From contig DBQD01000042.1 of the NCBI GenBank assembly GCA_002305715.1, positions 12,436 through 76,435 on the forward strand: a stretch of DNA of 64,000 nt, given 5' to 3'. Origin of the DNA: Proteiniphilum sp. UBA1403 (GTDB lineage Bacteria > Bacteroidota > Bacteroidia > Bacteroidales > Dysgonomonadaceae). Below are positions 9,879-19,237 of this stretch, one piece after another (within the stretch, counting starts at the first letter, position 1; the number at the start of each line of letters is the position of its first letter). Below the pieces are notes generated by a model. That model saw nothing but the letters and a program-made list of their open reading frames with translations. It did no database searches and was not told the DNA's origin. The position numbers were made by a program, and so were the translations under genes.

Positions 9879-10697
9879 ATGACTTTTATTAAAATAACAG
9901 AACAACCATCGCTTTATGATAATCTGGAACAGAAGTCCGTCACGGAGATTCTGACAGAGATTAACAAGGAGGATCAAAAAGTGGCAATGGCTGTGGAGAA
10001 AACCATTTCAGAGATAGAGAAATTGGTTACCAGCGTTGTGGAGAGAATGAAGCGAGGAGGTCGACTTTTTTATATTGGCGCAGGCACTAGCGGTAGGTTG
10101 GGAGTACTCGACGCAGCGGAGATTCCCCCCACCTTTGGAATGCCCAACACCTATGTTATTGGTCTTTTAGCCGGAGGTGATCAAGCCCTACGCAATCCTG
10201 TAGAGGCAGCAGAAGATGATATGGAAAAAGGATGGGAAGAACTGCTGGAACACAAGATCAATACGAATGACGTGGTGGTGGGGATTGCAGCATCAGGCAC
10301 CACACCCTATGTGATTGGAGCGTTGCGACATGCTCGAAAAAAAGGTATTCTAACAGCAGCTATTAGTTGCAACCCAAACTCACCAATTGCAGCAGAAGCA
10401 GAGATAAAGATTGAACCAATTGTTGGTCCTGAGTATGTTACCGGCAGTACCCGCATGAAATCGGGTACTGCCCAGAAGCTAATACTCAACATGATTACGA
10501 CTACGGTTATGATCAAACTGGGACGAGTAAAAGGAAATAGAATGGTAAACATGCAGCTAACCAACCAAAAATTGGTAGAAAGAGGCACACGGATGATTGT
10601 CGACGAACTTTCAATCAATTACGAGCAAGCAAAGAACCTGTTACTTCTACATGGAACGGTTAAAAGGGCGATCGACAATTATAAAAACGATCAATAA
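9879..10697 (+). CDS. murQ: N-acetylmuramic acid 6-phosphate etherase
   Basis: GGRLFYIGAGTSGRLGVLDA, GIAASGTTPYV, GPEYVTGSTRMKSGTAQK, NMVNMQLTNQKL. Confidence 0.95.
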   Translation: MTFIKITEQPSLYDNLEQKSVTEILTEINKEDQKVAMAVEKTISEIEKLVTSVVERMKRGGRLFYIGAGTSGRLGVLDAAEIPPTFGMPNTYVIGLLAGGDQALRNPVEAAEDDMEKGWEELLEHKINTNDVVVGIAASGTTPYVIGALRHARKKGILTAAISCNPNSPIAAEAEIKIEPIVGPEYVTGSTRMKSGTAQKLILNMITTTVMIKLGRVKGNRMVNMQLTNQKLVERGTRMIVDELSINYEQAKNLLLLHGTVKRAIDNYKNDQ

Positions 10698-10706
10698 AAC
10701 TGTCAA

Positions 10707-11048
10707 ATGGCCATTATTATTCAAACGGACAATCCCGACCTTCTGCTGGATAAGATTTATGAGGCAATCGACACAAGAAAGGCAGATAAGTGGGTGCGAA
10801 CAGATGATGGGCGCCTCACATACGGTACCCTACTGTGGAAAAATGAAGCATTCTTCAAACCTCAAATATGGGTTGATGAGAATCAATTGCGATTTGGATT
10901 GATTAAAAGGAAAGATAGAAAACATATCACGACCCAATTGTATACTATCTTTCATAGTAAACTAATTGAAATGTTACTGTCGCATTTTGACGGTTATTTT
11001 AAGGAAGTAACAGCTACTGCAAAAAGAGCTGAACCTGATGTTTTCTAA
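10707..11048 (+). CDS. Small conserved hypothetical protein (113 aa)
   Basis: Clean ATG ORF 9 bp after murQ stop; globular composition; C-terminal EMLLSHFD. Confidence 0.7.
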   Translation: MAIIIQTDNPDLLLDKIYEAIDTRKADKWVRTDDGRLTYGTLLWKNEAFFKPQIWVDENQLRFGLIKRKDRKHITTQLYTIFHSKLIEMLLSHFDGYFKEVTATAKRAEPDVF

Positions 11049-11110
11049 ATGAACTGAAAAAATAAAGAAAATTAGTCGCTCGTTGAATTAACACATCAAT
11101 ATAATAACAG

Positions 11111-11943
11111 ATGAGACAATATACCCTAATTCTATTTCTAGCTGGAATAACCTTCGCAGTCACTGCGCAAGAAAATACTTATAAAACAGAATGCGATATA
11201 CCCTATTACAGAGAGGAAGTACGCCAAGAAGATCTGCACATTCAAGAACGTTGCCTGCTCGACATCTATTATCCTGTCAAAAAAAAGGATTTGCTACAGT
11301 TGTCTGGTTTCATGGAGGAGGTCTTACAGGTGGTAGTAAAGAGTTGCCCGAAGCTTTAAAGAACAAGGATATTTGCGTGGTTGGTGTAAACTACCGCCTC
11401 TCACCTCAGGTGCAAGCCCCTGCTTACATTGAGGATGCCGCGGCTGCAGTAGCTTGGGTATTTGCACACATTGAAGAATATGGAGGTGATTGTACGAAGA
11501 TTTTTGTATCGGGTCATTCAGCAGGAGGGTATCTAGCCATGATGATTGGATTAGATAAACAGTATCTCGCAGCGCATCATATCGATGCAAACCGCATTGC
11601 TGGACTAATACCCCTAAGTGGTCAGGCCATCACCCATTTCAACATTCGTGCAGGGTATGGCATGAAAGATACCCAACCCTTATTAGATAAGTATGCACCA
11701 CTTTACCATGTTCGTCCCGATGCACCACCAATGTTACTGATTACGGGCGACCGCGAAATGGAAATGTTAGGCCGGTATGAAGAAAATGCCTACCTTGCCC
11801 GTATGATGAAACTAGTAGGGAATAATAAGACACGTCTCCTTGAACTTCAAGGATATGGTCACGGTATGACATACCCTGCTTTTCCGTTGTTGTTGGAGGA
11901 GATACAACGGATTCTTCGGGAGAATGTCTCATTAGAAAAATAG
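11111..11943 (+). pseudogene. Exported alpha/beta-hydrolase (esterase/lipase) split by a -1 frameshift at an A8 run (11279-11286)
   Basis: Frame 1 gives signal peptide and LDIYYPV; frame 2 continues KKGFATVVWFHGGG, GHSAGG, DREME, GYGH; one extra A yields a 277-aa protein. Confidence 0.85.
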
Positions 11944-11959
11944 CTGTAATTGGTTTTCA

Positions 11960-11991
11960 TTTGTTTCCCCAGTTTATTTTGGCTAACTTTG
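11960..11991 (+). promoter_or_regulatory. Bacteroidetes sigma-ABfr-type promoter upstream of FemAB gene
   Basis: TTTG 11960-11963, 20-bp spacer, TAACTTTG 11984-11991. Confidence 0.7.
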
Positions 11992-12010
11992 TAAGTCAAA
12001 ATGAAACGAA

Positions 12011-13135
12011 ATGCTATCAAACGTCCACAAAAAAGAGGTTGAAGAGCTTTACGCCACCCCCATTTTACAACAAACTGCATTCTGGTCTGCCGTTAAAAAG
12101 AGATTGGGTACAAACTCTATCGCCATCAATTTTAACTCCAGAAAATCGGCACTTTATGGTGTATCTGACGACCGTTCATCGCTCTATTCCGATGTGTTGA
12201 TTGTACTTCAACAGATAAACAGGTACTATTCCGTAGCATATGTGCCCTATGGTCCTGAGTTGGAACCCTCCGATGAATTTCAAGGAATGTTTCTTGAGGA
12301 ACTTTCCGAATCGTTACGATCATTTTTGCCGAAGAATTGTATCCTGATCCGCTACGATCTATGTTGGGAATCGTGGTGGGCTAAGGACAAAGACTATTTC
12401 GACGAGCAGGGTATCTGGAAAGGAGAACCCGATACTCCTACCCAGGAGTTTCGATTTAATTTCAGTACACACAATTGGAATTTAAAGAAAGCTCATTCCA
12501 ACATTCTACCAGCCAATACGATCTATCTCAATTTAACTACCGGTACCGACACCCTGCTAAAGAGAATGAAGCCTAAGACTCGATACAACATTGGTCTAGC
12601 TCATCGCAAAGGAGTAACGGTAAAAAGCATGGGACTCGATGGTATTCATATATGGTATGAAATCTATAAAGAAACAGCTGCCCGTAACCACATTTTGCTA
12701 AACGATTTGAAATATTTCCAGGCAGTGCTCTCTGCGCGTGCCGACGATACACACTCACCAGCAGATGTGAACCTTCTGGTAGCAGAAAAGGATGGCAAAC
12801 CTTTGGCTGCTATGTTTTTGGTAATTACACAAAACAGGGGATCCTATCTCTACGGAGCCTCTTCCTCAACAGAAAGGAATCTGATGGCAACTTATGCTTT
12901 GCAATGGGAAGCCATCTGTCGATCGAAAGAAGCCGGATGTACCGAGTATGATATGTTTGGTATCTCACCTTCACCCGATCCGCAGCACCCGTTATATGGT
13001 TTGTACAAGTTTAAATCAGGTTTTGGAGGGGATATATATCACAGCCTCGGTTGTTGGGATTATCCGCTTGATAAAGATCTCTACACATTATTTCGTGCCT
13101 CTGAACTTAACAGTCAGGGATATCATATTAGTTAA
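12011..13135 (+). CDS. FemAB/FemX-family aminoacyl-tRNA-dependent peptidyltransferase-like protein
   Basis: ILQQTAFW, YVPYGP, MKPKTRYNIGLA, YLYGAS, ALQWEAI, YDMFG, GLYKFKSGFGG motifs. Confidence 0.85.
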   Translation: MLSNVHKKEVEELYATPILQQTAFWSAVKKRLGTNSIAINFNSRKSALYGVSDDRSSLYSDVLIVLQQINRYYSVAYVPYGPELEPSDEFQGMFLEELSESLRSFLPKNCILIRYDLCWESWWAKDKDYFDEQGIWKGEPDTPTQEFRFNFSTHNWNLKKAHSNILPANTIYLNLTTGTDTLLKRMKPKTRYNIGLAHRKGVTVKSMGLDGIHIWYEIYKETAARNHILLNDLKYFQAVLSARADDTHSPADVNLLVAEKDGKPLAAMFLVITQNRGSYLYGASSSTERNLMATYALQWEAICRSKEAGCTEYDMFGISPSPDPQHPLYGLYKFKSGFGGDIYHSLGCWDYPLDKDLYTLFRASELNSQGYHIS

Positions 13136-13146
13136 AATCATCTATC

Positions 13147-13584
13147 ATGTATATCGAAAAAATAACCTATATCGATTCAAATCTTGTATCGGCACTTAGA
13201 AGACTCATACCACAGTTAACTGGTAGAGAATCACACCTTACAGTTGAAGATTTGGAGAAAGTAATCGCTCAAGAAGAAACACATCTTTTTGTTGCAAAAG
13301 AAGAAGATGAGATTATTGGAACACTCACTCTCCAATTCTATCATATTCCCACAGGTAGGAAAGCATGGATTGAAGATGTGATTGTGGACCAGCAAGCACG
13401 TGGAAAAGGGGTAGGAGCAGCATTGGTTTGGCATGCTATGCGAATTGCTCGTCAAGAGGGAGCAGAAAAGGTGGATCTCACCTCCCACCCCGACCGTAAG
13501 GCTGCCAACATGCTATATCAAAAGATTGGATTCAAAATAAGAGAGTCGAACGTCTATCGTTTTGAATTTCCCATAAACGATTAA
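13147..13584 (+). CDS. GNAT family N-acetyltransferase
   Basis: IEDVIVDQQARGKGVG acetyl-CoA loop; AANMLYQKIGF. Confidence 0.9.
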   Translation: MYIEKITYIDSNLVSALRRLIPQLTGRESHLTVEDLEKVIAQEETHLFVAKEEDEIIGTLTLQFYHIPTGRKAWIEDVIVDQQARGKGVGAALVWHAMRIARQEGAEKVDLTSHPDRKAANMLYQKIGFKIRESNVYRFEFPIND

Positions 13585-13643
13585 AACAACTCGACTCAAA
13601 TATTTTTACAGGTAGGTATATACTTTGCTGTAATCTATATACG

Positions 13644-14738
13644 TTAGGGTAACTTATATACGATACTATTGATATTCATGCCCGCTCCCACAGAAGCCAG
13701 CACTATGTAATCGCCATGCTTTAAGTTATGTCCATCCATTTCATTACGGGTAATCATATCCAACAGAGTTGGAACGGTAGCTACCGACGAGTTACCCAAT
13801 CGGGAGATAGTCATGGGCATGATGGTCTCCGGTACTTCTTTCAGACTATAGAGCTTGAACAATCGCTGTAATATGGCATCGTCCATTTTTCCATTAGCTT
13901 GGTGAATCAATATCTTGCTGACCTGGTTAACATGCAGATTCAGTTTATCAAGACCTGCTTTGATGGCAATGGGTACATTTTCCAGAGCATACATGTAAAG
14001 CCTTCTGCCATTCATTTTCAAGTAATAGTCCTTTTTTTCTGCTAAAACCGGATTGTAAGAGTATCCCATATGTAGCATATTCACATAATCCAAAGCATCG
14101 CTTCGAGAATTGTGACCAATGATACCCAATGGCTCATCGCTTTCGCGAGCTTCCAGGACAGCAGCACCTGCACCATCGGCATAAATCATGCTATCACGGT
14201 CGTGAGGATCGGCCACACGCGACAATATATCGGCACCAACCACCAGGATCTTTTTAGCATCCCCCGAACGAATATAATAATCGGCCTGAATAACAGCCTG
14301 TACCCAGCCTGGACAACCATATAACACATCGTAAGCCACGGCTGAAGGATTTGCTATACCAAGTTTCTTTTTCAAGCGAGAAGCCAACGTAGGTAGCACA
14401 TCCATGCGAACATTATCGACTTTTGTCTCTCCAAAATTGTGTGCAAATATGATATAATCTAGCTCCTCCCCATTCACGCCGGCCGACTCTAACGCTCGTT
14501 GAGCGGCAATCAATGCTAAATCTGACGTCACCTGATTTTCTTCCGCATACCGCCTTTCAGCAATGGTGGTGATCTCCTCAAATTTACGAGTTATCTCCTC
14601 ATTGGGAGTGGTAATTATTGTACCATCTGCATCGTAAAAAGTAGTCTTATGGAAGTAATCGTTCTCGATACGTATGGAAGGCACATAATGGCCTGTTCCG
14701 GTGAATACACTATATATTTTTTTCATTTTGGTTATCAT
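13644..14738 (-). CDS. fabH: 3-oxoacyl-ACP synthase III
   Basis: Catalytic motifs YGCPG, LIHQAN, LGNSS; ADGAGA; GAGMN. Confidence 0.9.
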   Translation of the reverse strand: MITKMKKIYSVFTGTGHYVPSIRIENDYFHKTTFYDADGTIITTPNEEITRKFEEITTIAERRYAEENQVTSDLALIAAQRALESAGVNGEELDYIIFAHNFGETKVDNVRMDVLPTLASRLKKKLGIANPSAVAYDVLYGCPGWVQAVIQADYYIRSGDAKKILVVGADILSRVADPHDRDSMIYADGAGAAVLEARESDEPLGIIGHNSRSDALDYVNMLHMGYSYNPVLAEKKDYYLKMNGRRLYMYALENVPIAIKAGLDKLNLHVNQVSKILIHQANGKMDDAILQRLFKLYSLKEVPETIMPMTISRLGNSSVATVPTLLDMITRNEMDGHNLKHGDYIVLASVGAGMNINSIVYKLP

Positions 14739-14794
14739 TACAAAGTAACTGCGACATTAAAACTCTTTATTTTCCATCATCAACCAATTGGCGA

Positions 14795-14802
14795 CAAAGA
14801 TA
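14795..14802 (-). promoter_or_regulatory. -7 promoter element for fabH
   Basis: TATCTTTG on minus strand. Confidence 0.6.
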
Positions 14803-14929
14803 TGAAATAAAATTTAAACAATCGTTCTTTATAGTACACACAATTTAACTTTTCCATGAGCATTTGCATAGCAAAATGACAGCAAAAGTTTTTTTAAACC
14901 CATTTCCCCAATGATTCACAGATTCATTG

Positions 14930-14937
14930 TATATTTG
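14930..14937 (+). promoter_or_regulatory. -7 promoter element for the 15068-19230 gene run
   Basis: TATATTTG. Confidence 0.55.
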
Positions 14938-15067
14938 TTGTGAGAAATCTGCATTTTTGGATAAAAATGCAAACTTTTTTGTTGTATTAATACAAATCGT
15001 CACATCTAAATGGCATGATGAGTGACTAAACGTATAAATGGATTATTTGTTTAAATTATAATTAAAT

Positions 15068-16270
15068 ATGGGAAAAGTACTGATCATTGGTGCCGGAGGT
15101 GTAGGCACTGTTGTCGCACATAAGGTTGCGCAAAATAGCCAGATTTTTGGCGACATCATGTTGGCAAGTCGCACCAAAAGCAAATGCGATGCTATTGCCC
15201 AAGAGGTAAAACGTCGGACCGGTGTAGAGATCAAAACGGCGCAAGTTGACGCAGACAACGTACCCGAGCTGGTATCGCTCTTCAATGAGTTCAAACCGGA
15301 ACTGGTCATCAACGTAGCACTGCCCTACCAGGATCTTACCATTATGGATGCCTGCCTCGAAGCTGGCGTGAACTATCTCGACACAGCTAACTACGAGCCA
15401 AAAGATGAGGCCAAATTTGAGTATAAATGGCAATGGGCCTATCGGGAAAAGTTCGAAAAAGCAGGCCTTACAGCCATTTTGGGCTGCGGTTTCGACCCGG
15501 GTGTGACAAGTGTTTTCACAGCTCATGCTGCCAAACATCATTTTGACGAAATTCACTATTTGGATATTGTGGATTGTAATGCCGGTGATCATGGCAAGGC
15601 TTTTGCTACTAATTTCAATCCCGAAATCAACATCCGCGAGGTAACTCAAAAAGGAAAATACTGGGAAAATGGACAATGGGTAGAAACAGAACCCCATGAA
15701 ATCCACAAGCCCCTCACCTATCCAGAAATTGGACCAAAAGAATCGTATGTAATCTATCATGAAGAGTTGGAATCGCTTGTGAAGAACTTCCCAACCCTAA
15801 AACGTGCTCGCTTCTGGATGACCTTTGGTCAGGAATACCTGACTCACTTGCGAGTAATTCAAAACATAGGTATGGCACGCATCGATGAGGTCGAATATAA
15901 CGGACAGAAGATTGTACCCATACAGTTCCTGAAAGCGGTATTACCTGATCCGGGTGAACTGGGAGAAAACTATACCGGTCAGACCTCCATTGGTTGCCGT
16001 ATTCGTGGCATCAAAGATGGAAAAGAACGCACCTATTATATCTACAACAATTGTAGCCACGAGGAGGCATACAAGGAAACCGGTGCTCAGGGAGTAAGTT
16101 ACACAACAGGTGTTCCGGCTACCATTGGTGGCATCATGTTTATGCAGGGACTATGGAGGAAACCGGGTGTTTACAATGTTGAGGAATTCAATCCAGATCC
16201 ATTCATGGAGCAACTCAATATACAAGGTTTACCTTGGCACGAAATATTTGATATTAATTTAGAGGTCTAA
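15068..16270 (+). CDS. Saccharopine dehydrogenase family, likely carboxy(nor)spermidine dehydrogenase
   Basis: VLIIGAGGVG, NVALPYQDLTIMDAC, YLDTANYEP, GCGFDPG, ATNFNPEINIREV, QGVSYTTGVP. Confidence 0.85.
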   Translation: MGKVLIIGAGGVGTVVAHKVAQNSQIFGDIMLASRTKSKCDAIAQEVKRRTGVEIKTAQVDADNVPELVSLFNEFKPELVINVALPYQDLTIMDACLEAGVNYLDTANYEPKDEAKFEYKWQWAYREKFEKAGLTAILGCGFDPGVTSVFTAHAAKHHFDEIHYLDIVDCNAGDHGKAFATNFNPEINIREVTQKGKYWENGQWVETEPHEIHKPLTYPEIGPKESYVIYHEELESLVKNFPTLKRARFWMTFGQEYLTHLRVIQNIGMARIDEVEYNGQKIVPIQFLKAVLPDPGELGENYTGQTSIGCRIRGIKDGKERTYYIYNNCSHEEAYKETGAQGVSYTTGVPATIGGIMFMQGLWRKPGVYNVEEFNPDPFMEQLNIQGLPWHEIFDINLEV

Positions 16271-16285
16271 ATAAATATACTTTCC

Positions 16286-17203
16286 ATGCATCCCAAAAGC
16301 TTGGTTAATATTGATGATTACAGCCGGGAGGATATTTTTCGTATCCTCCAAAGTGCTGCCCGCTTTAAACAGCAACCCGATCGGGCTCTTCTGCAGGGCA
16401 AAGTATGTGCTACGCTCTTTTTTGAGCCATCAACACGTACCCGGCTGAGTTTCGAGACAGCAGTCAACAGGCTCCGGGGACGCATTATCGGCTTCTCCGA
16501 TGCAGCCACCAGCAGCTCCACCAAGGGTGAGTCGTTGAAGGATACCATCATGATGGTCAGTAATTATGCCGACCTCATCATCATGCGTCATCACCTTGAA
16601 GGCTCTGCTCGTTATGCCTCAGAGATATCTCCTGTACCGGTTGTAAATGCTGGTGACGGATCGAATCAGCATCCAACGCAGACGTTGCTCGACCTTTTTA
16701 CGATATACGAAACGCAAGGTACGTTGGAAAACCTTACTGTCACCATTGTTGGAGACTTAAAGTATGGTCGTGCTGTTCATTCTCTCATCCAGGGACTTTC
16801 GCACTTCTCACCTACTTTTAATTTTGTAGCACCCGAGGAATTACACATTCCCGATAAATACAGAACGTTTTGCGACGAGAAGAAGATACCTTACAATGAA
16901 TATACGGACTTCACCTCTGAATCGATACGCAATGCTGACATCCTTTACATGACCCGTGTACAGAAAGAGCGTTTCACGGATCTAATGGAGTATGAGAAGG
17001 TTAAAAACGTGTATGTACTACATAACGATATGCTGGCCGATTCAAAAGAAAACTTGCGTGTTTTGCATCCGCTACCTCGTGTAAAGGAGATATGCCAGGA
17101 TGTGGATGATAATCCCAAAGCCTACTATTTTCAGCAGGCTCGAAATGGAGTGTATACCCGTCAAGCGGTTATTTGTGAGTTGATGGGAATTGAGGTTGAG
17201 TAA
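16286..17203 (+). CDS. pyrB: Aspartate carbamoyltransferase catalytic subunit
   Basis: [34 protein letters not shown]. Confidence 0.97.
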   Translation: MHPKSLVNIDDYSREDIFRILQSAARFKQQPDRALLQGKVCATLFFEPSTRTRLSFETAVNRLRGRIIGFSDAATSSSTKGESLKDTIMMVSNYADLIIMRHHLEGSARYASEISPVPVVNAGDGSNQHPTQTLLDLFTIYETQGTLENLTVTIVGDLKYGRAVHSLIQGLSHFSPTFNFVAPEELHIPDKYRTFCDEKKIPYNEYTDFTSESIRNADILYMTRVQKERFTDLMEYEKVKNVYVLHNDMLADSKENLRVLHPLPRVKEICQDVDDNPKAYYFQQARNGVYTRQAVICELMGIEVE

Positions 17204-17238
17204 CCGGTGGTTCGTCACTTTAAAATTTGATCCAACAT

Positions 17239-17691
17239 ATGAGAAAAGAATTACAGGTAGCCGCGCTTGAAAATGGCACGGCCATTGATCATATTCCAAG
17301 TGAGGCTGTTTTCAAAGTGGTATCGTTGCTACAGCTCCAAAAGCTTAACAACCGCATCACCATTGGTAATAATTTGAAAAGCAATAAGATGGGAACAAAG
17401 GGGATCATTAAGGTTTCCGATAAGTTTTTCAGGGAAGATGAAATAAATCGCATCGCTTTGGTCGCTCCTAATGTTATTTTGAACATCATCCGTAACTTCG
17501 AGGTTGTGGAAAAGAAAAAAGTGTTGCTTCCTGATGAAATCTTCGAAATTGTAAAATGCAACAACCCCAAGTGCATCACCAATAACGAACCAATGAAGAC
17601 CCGCTTTCATGTGGTTGACAAGGAGAAAGTGGAACTTAAATGTCACTACTGCGAATTGAAAATTAAAAAGGAAGATATAGAACTGATCTAA
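17239..17691 (+). CDS. pyrI: Aspartate carbamoyltransferase regulatory subunit
   Basis: NGTAIDHI; zinc motifs CNNPKCITN and CHYCE; ATG at 17239 preferred over TTG 17227. Confidence 0.95.
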   Translation: MRKELQVAALENGTAIDHIPSEAVFKVVSLLQLQKLNNRITIGNNLKSNKMGTKGIIKVSDKFFREDEINRIALVAPNVILNIIRNFEVVEKKKVLLPDEIFEIVKCNNPKCITNNEPMKTRFHVVDKEKVELKCHYCELKIKKEDIELI

Positions 17692-17697
17692 GTTGGT

Positions 17698-18285
17698 ATG
17701 AAACAAGACTGGAAGCCGGGAACAATGATTTATCCACTGCCGGCGGTGATGATTAGCTGCGGGAGTAGCGAAAATGAATATAATATTTTCACAGTCAGCT
17801 GGGTAGGAACAATCAACAGTAATCCTCCCATGTGTTACATCTCCGTCAGGCCCGAGCGGCATTCCTATGAGATCATTAAAAGGAACCGAGAGTTTGTGAT
17901 TAACCTCACCACAGAGGATTTGGCTCGTGCCACCGATTGGTGTGGCGTACGCTCTGGCAAGGATTACAATAAATTCGAGGAGATGAAGCTGACAGCTGGT
18001 GAAGCAAGCATTGTGAAGGCTCCCATCATTAATGAATCACCCCTCTGTATTGAATGCGTAGTAAAAGATATCATTCCTCTCGGATCACATGATATGTTCA
18101 TTTCCGATGTTGTAAATGTGAAAGCCGATAATCGGTACTTTGATCCCGAAACAGGCAGATTCAACTTACAGCTGTCAAAACTACTCGCATATGCCCACGG
18201 GCACTATTATGGCCTGGGAAGGGAAATTGGAAAATTTGGTTGGAGTGTTAAGAAAAAACCAAAGAAGAAAAAACAACAAGGATAA
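17698..18285 (+). CDS. Flavin reductase-like (DIM6/NTAB) protein
   Basis: PLPAVMISC, SVRPERHSY, DWCGVRSG, ESPLCIEC, GSHDMFI. Confidence 0.9.
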   Translation: MKQDWKPGTMIYPLPAVMISCGSSENEYNIFTVSWVGTINSNPPMCYISVRPERHSYEIIKRNREFVINLTTEDLARATDWCGVRSGKDYNKFEEMKLTAGEASIVKAPIINESPLCIECVVKDIIPLGSHDMFISDVVNVKADNRYFDPETGRFNLQLSKLLAYAHGHYYGLGREIGKFGWSVKKKPKKKKQQG

Positions 18286-18294
18286 CAAGATATT

Positions 18295-19230
18295 ATGCCC
18301 GTAAATTTACCTGACAAATTACCCGCAATAGAGATATTAAAGAAGGAGCACATATTCGTGATGGACGATTTACGTGCATCCACTCAAGACATACGACCTC
18401 TTAAGATACTAATTCTCAACCTTATGCCCCTCAAGGTGACTACAGAGACTGACCTTATTCGGTTACTCTCCAACTCACCGCTACAGGTTGAGATTGAGTT
18501 CTTGGGACTTACCTCTCACACCCCCCGGAACACACCCATTGAACACTTGATGTCATTCTATAATGGGTTTGATAAGATTAAGTACTCTTATTACGATGGA
18601 ATGATTATTACCGGCGCTCCTGTTGAAATGATTCCATTTGAAGAAGTAACATATTGGGATGAGCTGACTCATATCTTCGACTGGGCACGTACGCATGTAA
18701 CTTCAACTTTTTATATCTGTTGGGGAGCACAAGCAGCGCTGTACCATTTCTATGGTATCCAAAAACATCCATTGGAGAAGAAATTGTTTGGAGTGTTCAG
18801 TCACACAATAAACGATCCCTCTTTTCCGCTCTTTCGGGGCTTCGATGATACATTCTATGCACCACACAGCAGACACACAACTATATTTGCCAGTGAAATT
18901 AATAAGTGTCCCGAACTCACCATCCACTCCGAATCGGTAGAAGCCGGTGTTTATATTGTCTCTTCCCGTGGTGGAAGAGAGTTTTATGTGACCGGTCATT
19001 CCGAATATGCACCCATGACGCTGCACAACGAATATACACGGGATAAAGAAAAGGGCATGGATTCTGTGGACTTACCCTTAAACTACTACAGGAACAACGA
19101 TCCCTCATTGCCACCATTGGTACAGTGGCGATCGCATGCGAACCTACTATACATAAACTGGTTAAATTATTTTGTATATCAGGCCACACCGTTCAACATA
19201 AACGAAGTTGCACAACTGGGAGAACTCTAA
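18295..19230 (+). CDS. metA: MetA-family homoserine O-acyltransferase, probably acetyl-specific
   Basis: LNLMP, ICWGAQA, GHSEY; ITGAPVE has Glu at the specificity position associated with acetyl-CoA use. Confidence 0.93.
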   Translation: MPVNLPDKLPAIEILKKEHIFVMDDLRASTQDIRPLKILILNLMPLKVTTETDLIRLLSNSPLQVEIEFLGLTSHTPRNTPIEHLMSFYNGFDKIKYSYYDGMIITGAPVEMIPFEEVTYWDELTHIFDWARTHVTSTFYICWGAQAALYHFYGIQKHPLEKKLFGVFSHTINDPSFPLFRGFDDTFYAPHSRHTTIFASEINKCPELTIHSESVEAGVYIVSSRGGREFYVTGHSEYAPMTLHNEYTRDKEKGMDSVDLPLNYYRNNDPSLPPLVQWRSHANLLYINWLNYFVYQATPFNINEVAQLGEL

Positions 19231-19237
19231 TTCCTTT

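Noticed and set aside
15062-15760. 232-aa antisense ORF over the dehydrogenase gene
   Set aside because: Shadow ORF opposite a well-conserved gene; no motifs or start context
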